Part shown: piece after piece, positions 52,709-64,000 of the stretch | Layout: each line of letters starts with the position of its first letter | Position numbering within the stretch: the first letter of the stretch is position 1 | Source of the DNA: Puccinia triticina | Taxonomy: Eukaryota | NCBI GenBank assembly: GCA_026914245.1 | Contig: CP110440.1 | Location: 1,984,001-2,048,000, forward strand | Direction of reading: 5' to 3' | Length of the DNA: 64,000 bases | Program-made: the position numbers and the translations under genes | The notes under the pieces: generated by a model | What the model was told of the DNA's origin: nothing | Seen by the model: only the letters and a program-made list of their open reading frames with translations | Database searches by the model: none

Positions 52709-53900
52709 ATGATAAATGCCACCTTCCTTGGGGCGTTCCTGCCTCCATCGAATCACCTGCCCTCAATGCCACCATCCAAGCGCAACTTCCTAGACGGCAA
52801 GCCCGCACGTGGAGTTGCTAGATTGAATGCCACGTATTCGACCATCCTCCCAACCTCCAACTCTCCTTGCGCTCAAAGCATGGCCGCTTTCCTCCGAACT
52901 CTCCTGAATTTAGTCACTTCCCCTTCAAAAACACCCTCAGTCGATTGGAAGGCCCATCCGTCCGCCCACAGCTTCCACGTTGGGTATAACTTGCCCAACT
53001 CCGTCCTTGTCCACGACATAAACCCAATTCCACCTGAAGCTTTACTTACCAAAACTCAGACTGTCCACCCGACTTTTCGCAAGCTCTTCCATGAGGACCT
53101 CTCAAGATCTGAATTCCCCGGTTCTTCTTTTGTCTGGGATCTTCCTTGGGACGGCCACTGGAATCAGCTGTTTGCTCAATTCATCCTCAAGCACTGGCGC
53201 AACGCCTACCACGCAGGGGCATTCAAACAGTTCTTTATTGATCCGGCGGAGGCCACAAGCACATCCATCCAACTTGGTCTTCTGCATCGGTGGTTCATCG
53301 GTAGACAAGAAGGATTCAGGCTTGGCAAATTTTCTCCAGAAATAAAAACAAAAAAGCGACACTCTGAACACAAGTCCAAGATGCGCATGCAGGTATGCCT
53401 CCGCACCTACTCAGGGTTATATTTCTATTAACCTCGCATCTGCTTCATTATAGCTTCAGCAACATTTTCAAGAAACCCTTCATACACTTCCGGTTCTCCC
53501 CGCAGTCAAAAACCTTTTTGACAACATCAAAGCTACCTCTGACACCGAAACAACACCCACCAAGACTCTGGTAAAGGTGCCCCTACCTTGGCAATCAGAT
53601 CAATTTACCGATTTTGCTCAGAAGTTGGATAGGATATACACCCAGAAGAGGATCACCACTAATGGACGGATTTTTGTACATGCGGTCACCCTTGAGGCTC
53701 AAAGACAGCCATCTGGCCCCGCCTCCTTAACCAGCGTCAGAAATGTACCGCGTCACCTCCCGGACAACTTTTATTCCCCAACATACTGGTCCGCACTATC
53801 TGAATCGGACATGCAGCTTCTCAATCCACAGGCTCCGGTCAAATGGCCACACTTAGAAACCATTGGGTAAATTCTGATCACTCCAGTGAGTTGAATACAT
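52709..53900 (+). CDS. Second accessory ORF, apparently paralogous to 44745-46445
   Basis: FVWDLPWDGHWN, LPWQSDQFTDFAQKLD and RHLPDNFYSPTYWSALS. Intron at ~53392-53452; start codon uncertain. Confidence 0.7.
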
Positions 53901-53929
53901 ACAAATCATTCAAGGAGGTTGGTCATCAA

Positions 53930-56232
53930 CATCTGAGCACATTCGTACTGTTCATTTCCTCCAGTTGGTACGCTCAGCCTGCCCCCGCACCGCTACTCAG
54001 TTCCACCCCTCTGACAGCGAACCAAAAACAGGAAAACAAAAAAACTTACAACGCCAACTCCCCTTTCCGCCTCTGTACCTGAAATATGTTCATCTCCAAA
54101 GTTCCTTGAACATAGTAACAATAAAAAAAAACCGGATTCGTCTGGCCCAAGCGGTAGAGTCGGTCGATAGCCTGAAATTCACTCGCAGGATTCCAGCTTG
54201 GTTCCTGCGACCCACATGTATATTAGCTTGGCCCATGTTCAATCCATTCAATTGTTATGTACCATCAGGTACACATTCTGTGCACATCGGAGATCAATTC
54301 CTACCCCTGCCGCTCCGAGGGATGCCAGTAAGACATTGCAACTTCCGTCTGACCGAAATCTTTTGAGGTTCTCATCACGTTGTTGGGGACTCAACTCTCC
54401 ATTGAGCCAAGCCAGTTGGATTTGATGATCGCTGAGAGCGTGTTCAATGCTGTGAAAAAAGAACTATCAGAGTGTGTTACATTACCACTTGTGATGACTG
54501 TCCGCTCACATTTGAAGAAATGCCACAAAGTTGGAAAATACTACTGCCTTGGGATTTTGAATTCCGCGGTCTCCTGTTAGGAATGATTGCAGACTGTTCA
54601 CTAGATGGAAAATATTTCCAAAATCCTGCCATCTCCAGGTCGGTTGGAGCAGCATTGTATGTCGGGCGAAGATGGGATGATTACAGAATTGGTGAATCGT
54701 TGCCAGTTGACGGAAGAATTCAGAGGGGTTCCACGGCGTCTCGGAAGTCCTCAGCCTTCCGAAACTCTGGATAAAGCTTTGATGCAGTTGCTGTGAGACT
54801 TCCTCCCATTGGGCACTGTTCTGGACCAGTATGCTGTTTTCAACCTTTTCCGGCAGCGTCAGCACCACAGCCTTCGTTCTCCTCAAACAGATTGCTTGCA
54901 TCAATTTTGTCAGACTGTTAATAGCCTCAGGTTCCCCGGCCGCGATTTTTGGTATCAGGCATCGTTTCCAGATTGGTTCTTGGTCCCACGGGGCACACTT
55001 CAACATTGCTATCAAGCTTTGCAGGTCGGCCAGGCGGTTTTGGAGCGGTGTCCCCGTTAAAAGTAGTATAAACTGCGCCTGCAGTTGCTGGATGTGATGC
55101 GTCCGATGCAAAATTGGATTCCTGATCAGGCTAGAATCATTCCAGGCAATTAGTTTCTCTCCACAGTTGGCAATGAACTTCTTACGCACTGTGCTTCATC
55201 CAGTACAATCCTGAACCAAGACAGATTCTGGGACTGAATTGTGGACTGGTCTTGATTCCCCCTCCCTCCAATCATCTCGTAAGTTGTCAGAACAACCATC
55301 GACGTCTGCAGATCCTTTCTACTTAGCTTCCTCCGGTTGGGTCCATGGAAAACACAAAAAGAAATTGTCGAATCTGAAAAGTGGATTTTGATTTCATTCT
55401 CCCAATTTGATAGGGTGGCAAGGGGGCAAACAATCAGCGTAGCGGCTGAGTGATTTTCCCAGTCGGCCCAATGAAACTCGGCGGCCAAATCGCTTGTCAA
55501 CAGCACGTAAGCTAGAGTTGTCAATGTCTTGCCAAGACCCATGTCATCAGCAAGAATCGATCCTTGGGATTTGCATTCTTGCCAGTCCCCCAGGTTCACG
55601 CGACATCAATGCATGAAGTCACGGAGCCACGCATTAGCAGGGTGATTCCAGAGTGATAATGGGTCAAATGCGGAGGACTCGTTTTTTCTTATGAAATCGA
55701 GTGCATCAAGCTGATGCGGCTTCAACTGGGTTCGGCATTGTCGAAGAGCTCCTTCGGCCCATGCTCTTTGTGCTGTCGCATCATCCGCTCGCTGGTTGAT
55801 GACAAGATGTGGAATGTCGAAGAACACAGCTGGGTTGTAGTTCCAGATTGGTATGAGCTGAATCTGTGCTGCTGCAAAAGCTCGTTGAACCCGGGTGATG
55901 TGTTCTTCCCGGGTGAAGACACAACCACGCATCTCGGCCTGGACACCGTTGTTGACCACGAAAGCGCGCAGCTTGATGAGGCCAATATCGGTTGGTGGTA
56001 TCTTGTTGCAGTTGACGGGAGTAGAGCAAGTCGACACGGGCCCAAGTAAATGACACAGCTGCTTGCTTGCTATCTGGCTCAAATCTCCTATGTATAGTTT
56101 TGGTGCGCAGTATACGTGAAGTCGGTGTCGACCTCGTTGAAGAAAGCTGGCTTGTGGTACATGACTATGCGAGGCCGGCAGAGATCCAGATACCGGGGTG
56201 ATGAACTGGCCGAGACAGAAGGTCCTACTCAT
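53930..56232 (-). pseudogene. SNF2-family (Rad5/Rad16-like) ATP-dependent helicase/translocase, one in-frame stop
   Basis: LKPHQ, GSILADDMGLGKT, TLIVCP, LTTYE, RIVLDEA, LTGTPLQN, LRRTK, FCNHP, KAVVFSNF, AAGVGIDL and EPSWNP..QAIDRLYRLGQ. TGA at 55606-55608; several introns. Confidence 0.93.
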
Positions 56233-57839
56233 TGCTGAGGCACGACGGGATCGCTTATGTCAATGATTGATGAGGATCAGAGGAGGTGGAATCCAATCAG
56301 GTTTTTGGTGTGGCTTTGTGATGCCAGCGAAGATCCGACCACTTCCCCAATATCCAGCCCTCACCCAGATACCACAAGTGTGGGCCCACAACCCTTGCAT
56401 GTTACGGTTCCTTTGAAGCAAGCTTGCAGATATTGATATCCCATGATGTAAGCAAGAGCTGAGCGACATACAGTGAGATATGACTTAAATTCTACGCACA
56501 CTGATACAGATGGGGGCTCCGGGACTGGCTTTGCTGTCAGGAGTATGGTCAAATTCACCTTTGTCAGGAGAGTCAATCACCCAACCTTTCCCCTCATGTA
56601 GGAGCCTAAACAACAGAGCAGTACATGGAAATGAATACCATGGTATATATGTAATTGGTGCTGGGGCAGGGCTAAACTTGAGGAGAGGGCCGCGGAGCCT
56701 CATCATAGCGTCCGGTTGCACTTCTGACGGGAGGTACTCAACACCGGTTGATATTGAAAAACTCCTTGTTGGCTATGTTGAGCACAGTTGTTTAACCCGA
56801 CTGCTACAATCTGCTACAAATTACTTGGCCTAGAACCAACCCGCGACCGCACAGAACCCGGGTGACATATCATGCTCCAGTGCTGTCTTGCCCTCAGAAC
56901 AGGCGGGCAGTAGCCACAATCCATTGGATGAACACTACATCAGCCACTCAGAAAGTGGCAGATGTCCATGGTTTGGGTTTAATGAATCTTGGTATTGGGT
57001 TGGTGTTCATGGGGCAACTCGGGGGTCAGCACCCCAACCTGAGTGGGGTTTCTTGTGGATATTCATACCTCTGGCTGGTCGGCCTAGGGTATCGTGCTGC
57101 AACTGGGTTGAGATCCTCAGATATCAAGTTGAGCGGTCACAGGAATTCAAAAAATATCCAAATGATAGAGGTAGTGTAACCCCTGACAGAAGCGGTGGAT
57201 AAGCTGGAGTTTCTTGGAGTTTGTTCTTTCAGGGAGTGTCTCAAAGGTAGTTCATGACCTCTCCTTATTTCTTGGTCAAAGACGGGTCAGCAGTTGAGCT
57301 GGTGCCTGTATTTTAGAAATTCTTGGGAAGATTATACTTACAGGATACAAAATTCCAGATGGCTGCATGGGATCACCATCATCTATTTCTTGAATTCTCC
57401 CCATGACCACTTAAGCGCATACCATAAGTATGATCCCATCATGCCCTTGATCCAAGTTACACATCAGTTCAACCTCACTTGGGTCTTACTTACAGGTCAA
57501 CATCAAACCCAGTTCAGACATAAACCATGACAAAATTATAGCTTGGCACTCTCCAGAGAGTGCCACCAATTCCCCCCTGGTGTAATATTTTACATATTAA
57601 TTACATAAAGCTGAGTAATTAATTAATTATATATGTATTTAATGTTTTTGTGTAGTTTTACATGTGTAAGAGTAATAATATCTCTTTCATATGTAAAACT
57701 ATTTTTATATTTTTATTTGTCACGGTGGCTCTGCCATAGTAGCCAGCTGACAGTTTGCAATCTTGTTGTTGTCCATCAAGCAATTTTTTTTGAGTTGAAT
57801 TGAATTAAAATTTATCCTATCTCATCCCTTATTAGTTAC

Positions 57840-57868
57840 ACTAGAGTTCAAGGCGGCTTCGCCCCTGT
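57840..57868 (-). mobile_element. Degenerate Helitron-like 3' terminus
   Basis: ACTAGAGTTCAAGGCGGCTTCGCCCCTG, same motif family as 25845. Confidence 0.45.
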
Positions 57869-59887
57869 AAATCCCAGGTCTAAATCTTCAGGTGCCTTGT
57901 CTGACTGAATTCAATGAGTCTAGGCAGATTAAGAGGCCACACTTACAAGCCAACTCCATGGCTCTCAATTCTTGCAGGCCTCTCTAGCTGATGAAATTCA
58001 CTTGTTGCCAGTTGTTTCAGGTAGATTAAATTTTGGTGACTAAACATGAGAAAATCAGTTGTTCCCTCTGACTCCCATTTTCATCAATCAATTGGGACCT
58101 GAATCTTTGCACTGCAGTTCATATTCATTTGAAGAAAATTGTGATAGTATTGCTAATTTAAGAAGTGCCGCAATTCACTCTATAGAAGAATTAGAATTTT
58201 GAATGACTGCAGCTTGAAACATGTACTTGTTACTTGCTAAAGCTTAATCCCCACATAATTGCTTCAAATTTCTTCAATCCCATGTTTATGTAAATCTTCA
58301 AGTACATAGGCCTTGTGTGCATCATCCCTTGATTAAGATTTAAATAAACTGATGAGCTTTTCTGATGCAAGTGGCCCCATTAATTTCTGTGGGAGCATGA
58401 AAAACAATTGGTGGAAGAACTTAGAAATATTTACAGACTCAGTTATCCAGCTTGGGATCAACAGGCCTATGAACACACCCCCAAGCTGATTGAGCAGAAA
58501 GAAGAAGAGGTTGATCTTGCAGAAGTTTCAGGTGGATTAGTTTCTGTTCCAGGTGGAGATAATTGTTTATGAGTGGACTGATATGCTAAATTTGTTGTTA
58601 GTGTAGCATATTGTTATTTTTTCACTGCACTACATCAATAATACTTTTATCCTTCAATTTTTGCAAATAACAATACTTTCTTGGTTTTATTCTTTTGCAG
58701 TGAGTGTAGATAAAAGATAGCAAGTTAAGAATAACTAAATCCATATTTTATTGTGGTTGACCATCTTGTCTTATCTCTGAAAATAGATGCACTAAGAGTT
58801 AGTGTATGTATGATAGTAGATACAACAACAGTTGTTGCATCTCTGAGATTAACAATAGGACAAGGCAAGTCCCCCATGTGATAATCAAAATGGAGTTTGG
58901 TGAAGAATCTGTTAATGATAGGAATATCTTGTGGATGATAAGGTTGGGGGACCTGACTGTTGATCAGAGCTAAATGCAGTAACAAATTTTTGGGCCAAGT
59001 TTCATGTATTGACATCTCATTCAAGAAATTTTCTGGATGAGCACAGTTGAAGCAAGCATGAAATACTTATTGCAAATATGATCAAAATCCAGTGCAACAA
59101 GAAATAGGACAGCTCAACCATGCTTATGAAAAAACATGATGAACAGAGAGAAGAAAAATTTAGGCTACAGTGGTCAGGAAAACATGGTCACAATTGAAGT
59201 GGAAAGTGATCAAATTCTTGACTTGATTGGGTGTTTTAGAAAGTGGTACATGCTATTCAGTATGTCAAGTCAATTGATATTCATGCTGAATCTTAATGAT
59301 TACTGTAAGAGGCTCCATTAACCTGAAATTCAGCATTGTATTGCTGCATTTGGATAGCATTTATGGAGTGTTGCTCTTGCTGATGTTTCTGTTCCTGCTA
59401 CTGTTGATGTAACACTTGACACTTGACCAGAGATTTTTACATGATTGGATTGCTGCCACAGTTGAGCTGCTGGTTGATTTTGCACAGGTGCTGACTGAAA
59501 ATACTGGTGACTGACATTTTCACACAACAAGCGCAGCGAAAGATCAAGCTTCAATAGTCAGTCTAATGAATTGGCGGCTAAATCATCAAGTTTTGAATCA
59601 GCTGTGGGAATGTCAGTGTGTGATATTTGTTTGCCTTAACTTAGATAAGCTTTAGGGCAGAGCGATTGGAAATAGATTCTAGCCACTCGAGGGAACAGTT
59701 GGGGCTAAATCTCAGGCTTCAGGAGATATGAAATGCACAGAAACAAAGTTAGTCCTTGTATGAATGTTTCTTACTTGCTGAACTTACAAAGAAGAGAAAA
59801 AAAAGATGGAGCAGGAGAAGACACAGAAAGCAAAAGAGAGGGGGAGGTGCAGCAGAAAAGGAACACGCGAATGGGCGGGAGAGAGGG

Positions 59888-60215
59888 TCAGGAAGCGTTG
59901 AGAAAATCACGCAAATAGCCGTTGAGGTCCATCCACCCGCTGCACGTCCTCACCAGAACCATGAGCTCTCCGGCCGGCGGGGAAAGCTTTGAAGGGGAGG
60001 CCGCCGCGGGGCGCTTGACCTCGACGAGCTTACACATGACCAACCTCTCCTTGGCGAGGCTACCGGAGCTGCGGCACCAGAAGGCGTAGCGGGCCTGATC
60101 GCCGACGCCGGCGACGGCCAGCCGGGCTCTCCCGGCTTCTGGAGAGCGGGGAGTTGAGTCTGCGGGGGACAATCCGAGAGTGGCAGGCGAGACATTGGGC
60201 GTGGATGAGTCATTT
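59888..60215 (-). pseudogene. Possible GAS2/GAR-domain gene C-terminal fragment
   Basis: MVLVRTCSGWMDLNGYL resembles the GAR motif MVRVGGGWxxLxxYL; GC-rich island. Confidence 0.35.
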
Positions 60216-60734
60216 GAGCGGGTCGGCAGGGTTGGGCTCCTCCGGCTCAGCTAAGTGTGGCTATGGATGAGCAGGAGGGTGGTCGGGAGCGGGGGTGAGC
60301 AAGACACGGTCGGACGGGCGCCGGGAGAGGGATAGTGTCTTCGGAGGCCGTCTGGGCATCGCCGCTAGATCAGACTCCGTAGGACTGAGCAGTCCGTTAC
60401 TCAGTTAGGCCAAGCTGAGCGTCGACAGCGCGGTCGCGACCATGTGTTCCAGCAGCAGAACTGGCGGCGGAGATGGGCTGTGGCGCCAGTGCGGGGATGG
60501 GACCAGACAAGGTCGGCGAGCAGGATGGAGCCCTTGCTCTGCACCCGCTGGCTCTCCAGGCTGGGGTCTCACAGCGGCGCGGGGATCCGGGAGCGGTGGA
60601 ACGGCGGGCGGAAGGGGTAGACGGACATCAACAGTGTCGTCCTGCACAAGGCCTCGCTCCGTCCTGCTACAGAAGACCGCTCGTATATTTCTCTGCCCCC
60701 GGATCGGCTGTAACGAGGGAGGCTGGGCCAGCTG

Positions 60735-61729
60735 TGTAGTATTCCCAGTAAATGCAGCAGCAAAGACAGACGTGGTGAGGCCTGAACAGATGCTTGAAGG
60801 GCTGGCTGGAGACCTGTCAGCCACAGAGTACATGTCACAGTACCTTACACGTACCAAGTACCTGCAATTGTTCACATTACATATAGTACATTCCTTTTTA
60901 CGCCTTTATTACATATGTATATCATTAGATACAAGCTTAAGAATGTACTCCTTTTATACATTACATTACAGATAACCATAGTTAAATACAGTTACCATAA
61001 TGTACTGCTGTTAAGAGAGTTAAGTTACGTGCAACAGTAAGATTACAATACATTGTAATATTACTGTACACGTGAAATACACCAAGACAGGTATCACTCA
61101 TTTATCCCCTGTTACGCCTCAGTACCTATTTACATAACATATTGGTTATGATATAAATACATAAAGAATACATGATGTAATCCAATTCAAACAGCACTGA
61201 ATGGAATCAATGATTGGTTATGATCAGCTAGTGTACACAGCTACTGATCCAGGATCAGTACTGATCATTAAACTGCCCTGATCATTTCCAATGTTGATCC
61301 TCATGAGGATCTGCTTCCCTTGAGCGCTTCCAGTTCCCCCCTGGTCCTGAAGCGCCTCCAAGCGCCTCATGTTCCCTCCTGCTCATTCCCTTCTATATAA
61401 ACACGCCCCTCAGGACTGTTTATCCCTCAGAATATTATTATAGCAAGGTTTAACACATACATAGTTAAACAGTGCCTTCATTCTCACCCATCTTTCAATT
61501 CAGGAATACTCTCAACTTTTGATTACCCTTACCTTTTTGTAGGTAAAAACCACGAACCCAAGTTGAGTTATTCCTTGGATGCCTATTAACACCCTGTGTT
61601 GATCTGGATGCGCCTTAATTGAGCAAGCCTCTCAGTCAAGATTACTGATAGAGTGAAACCTTTTACAGGTCTTACCACGAACCCATTGGCCCATCCTTGG
61701 CATCTTACACCATCATCTTGATAGTAACA
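60735..61729 (+). mobile_element. Probable solo LTR
   Basis: TGTAGT...TAACA, TATA box CTATATAAA near 61393, abrupt GC-to-AT shift; no TSD. Confidence 0.4.
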
Positions 61730-63015
61730 ACCCTCTCAGACACGGTTAGTTACATACAGGCTGACAAGACCAAGGGTGTGGCGGAGGCAAACTTATTGCC
61801 ATACCAACAATTGGCGGCCGGGACCTGGTCGTGAGAAACAGTTGAAATTTGTGGAGTGTCAGAACCAGCTCCCAACAACAGTTGAGTGGCTTGGTGTCAG
61901 ACAATGGCTGGGTGGACTGAATTTGAGGCAGGACAGCTGTTGGTAATGGCAGGTGGTGGCCAGATCTTGGACGGATATATAAAGAGGCCATCTGGCCACT
62001 CTGTTTGTCCCTCCAGGTGTTTCTGTTTTTGCTGTAATTCCAGCTGGCGGTACATCCTTGCGCTCCTCCGCTGTTGCACGTGCGCAGTCTGAGGGGCTGA
62101 AGAGTGGGCCCCCCACGGGTCTGCAGCCTTAGCTGCGGGCCGGGGGCCTTCATGTCCATCACTTTTGACTCGTGCGCTTGATGCGGGCTGGGTGGTGAGC
62201 CTGGGGGCACGGCTTTGCCGATGTTGGAAGGCTGGTAGAGATTTAGATTTTTCTTATGTAAAATTCCCCTTTTTTTGTATCCTGGTTTTTGTAGTGGGAA
62301 AACCCCACCTGTTTTTTTTTTTTGAACTTTTGTTGATGGGGAAACCCATGATGTTTTTTTTCTCATTTTGTATAATTGTAAGGGGGAACCCTTGATCTTA
62401 TTTTTTTTAATTTTGGAAAAACTGTGTCTTTAATAAACTTGGATGTTTTATGTACTTAACGTACTTATTATGTATATAAAACACTGTAAACCATATGATC
62501 ATGGCATTTGGCGAGTGCAATTGGCTGAGTTCTTGCCGGTGGGAATTGATCTTTGTTGGGATTGCAAAAAAATTGTTCATCAGCCCGTTCACCCTTATCG
62601 GAAATCTCAATAGGACAGCTTTGATTGGAATTCAATTTTTGCTTTTTGATTGTGCGGCCAACCTTCTTCCTCAGCATTGATTCACATTTGCGGCGGGCTC
62701 TTTGTGCTTCAAAAGCTTTGCTAGCAGGCGCCATTGTGAGTTGTTTTTTTGAAGGTCTCTTGATTTGCCCAAGCCAGGATGCCAGGAGACCTCACAACAA
62801 CCATAATCTGTACACTTATGTAATATATTCAAATATGTATTGCAATGTATGTATAACACTTATTTCTCAGGCTAAAAGTTCTGACAGCTGTTCTACAGCA
62901 TCATTTTTCCCTAGAAACATCAGAAATCATTGGAGAAAAGCCCCCACCCCCAAATTTTTTTTGGATTTTTCCCCCCCAAAATTTGGAACACCCCTGTGGG
63001 GGTAGTTGAGAAGAG

Positions 63016-64000
63016 GTGCGGGGCACTGTATTTGACCTGATGTGTATGCAACCCCAACCTAAACTGGCAATTCCAATAATGATTCTGATAAATGAATTGG
63101 TGCTCTTAGGGCAGAAAAGCATACAGAAGCAGTTTTGTAAATGTGTGCCACATGTCGTTCGATTGCTTGCCACCGGTTACATTGCAAGCTTGCCCGTCCG
63201 GCCTACGACCGCCTTTTCAGTACGACTGCTCCACTTTCACAATTTAGCCTGGCAGTGGTGTAACGTGGCCACCCTTCCCTTCACCGAGATGCTGTCGCGT
63301 TGGCTAGAAGAAAGGTCTCCTAAAAGACTTAATGCTAAGGGCACTGAAGTAGGTTATTGCCTTGATTTATCCAAAATTGAAACATCATTGTTGAAATACA
63401 AAACTCCTCAGCGCCGCAAGCTACGCAAGTGCTTTTCTGCCGCGGTAGATATATTCCGACTCATGCTACTCAAAAACAGTGAGACCGTCGACAGTGCCCT
63501 TCAGCTCAGTACAACACAGAAGCTAGCTAGATCGTGCTGTCCAGGTTGCTTTGGAAAAAAATCTTTGGACGACGAATACCACGCAAGATCATCTGTCAAA
63601 GACTCACTGATTGTATGCCTTGATGGCCACTTTCAACACTGTCATAATGCCAAGGCAGGGCTGGATGCACCATTAACCACTTCACCCATCTTTTTGGACC
63701 CGGAAAGAATCCAGTCCATGCAAAACAACTTCAACAATGTCTTATAGCCCCTAGCCTTCATCAACCATTAATTTCTATGAACCGCTTATTTAGTAAGATT
63801 ACTTCCTTATCAAAAGACTCCAACAACTTTAAAGTCTTATTTGATGAAAAATTTAGTTTATCCAGAAAAATTAACAACAATATTTTAGAGCTTTCAAACG
63901 GTTTTGAAATTAAATCTTCTATTTCCTTGTACCACTCTGCGCCTAAATCTGATGATTGGCATGCGAGACTCGGTCACGCTAGCTTTCCTTACCTCAAGCG
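63016..64000 (+). pseudogene. Kyakuja-Dileera-Zisupton (KDZ) transposase remnant with CxC1-like domain
   Basis: FCKC...LLATGYIASLPVRPTTAFSVRLL, CPGCFG and IVCLDGHFQH (compare LDGNFxH); ORF stops at 63747. Confidence 0.8.

Larger units (their letters stand above)
34926..57582. mobile_element. Giant (22.7 kb) CACTA/CMC-type DNA transposon with multi-gene cargo
   Basis: Perfect 39-bp TIR CACCAGGGGGGAATTGGTGGCACTCTCTGGAGAGTGCCA (34926-34964; revcomp at 57544-57582). TAA at 34923-34925 and 57583-57585. Internal Tnp2-family transposase. Confidence 0.9.

Noticed and set aside
45861..55608. TGA recoding (Trp or Sec) to explain in-frame stops
   Set aside because: Nuclear intron-containing genes here use TGG for Trp. 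At least one stop replaces a conserved Arg, so mutation is the simpler explanation.
34926..57582. Starship or PIF/Harbinger interpretation of the giant element
   Set aside because: No DUF3435 tyrosine-recombinase captain at the 5' end. The TAA TSD fits Harbinger, but the CAC termini and Tnp2 motifs indicate CACTA/CMC.

Overview
Eukaryotic, intron-containing, transposon-dominated DNA. Protein and repeat style suggest a rust fungus (Pucciniales); this is inference, not a search result. The main structure is a 22.7-kb element at 34926-57582 with a perfect 39-bp terminal inverted repeat (CACCAGG...CCTGGTG) and a TAA target-site duplication. It carries a CACTA/CMC-type transposase and cargo: a Rad5/Rad16-like SNF2 helicase with no visible RING finger, two divergent paralogues of an accessory ORF, and several orphan genes. 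The window also holds a truncated Ty3/Gypsy element, an 8.5-kb CACTG element with kb-long inverted arms, several MITEs with target-site duplications, solo LTRs and Helitron-like 3' ends. There is a mosaic of intron-retaining host gene fragments (seryl-tRNA synthetase, IDH1, WD40-like), one intact 548-aa candidate secreted protein, and a CxC/KDZ transposase remnant at the right edge. Most short ORFs in the supplied track (TTG/GTG starts, repeat-derived) are not real genes. Exon boundaries were read by eye and are approximate.
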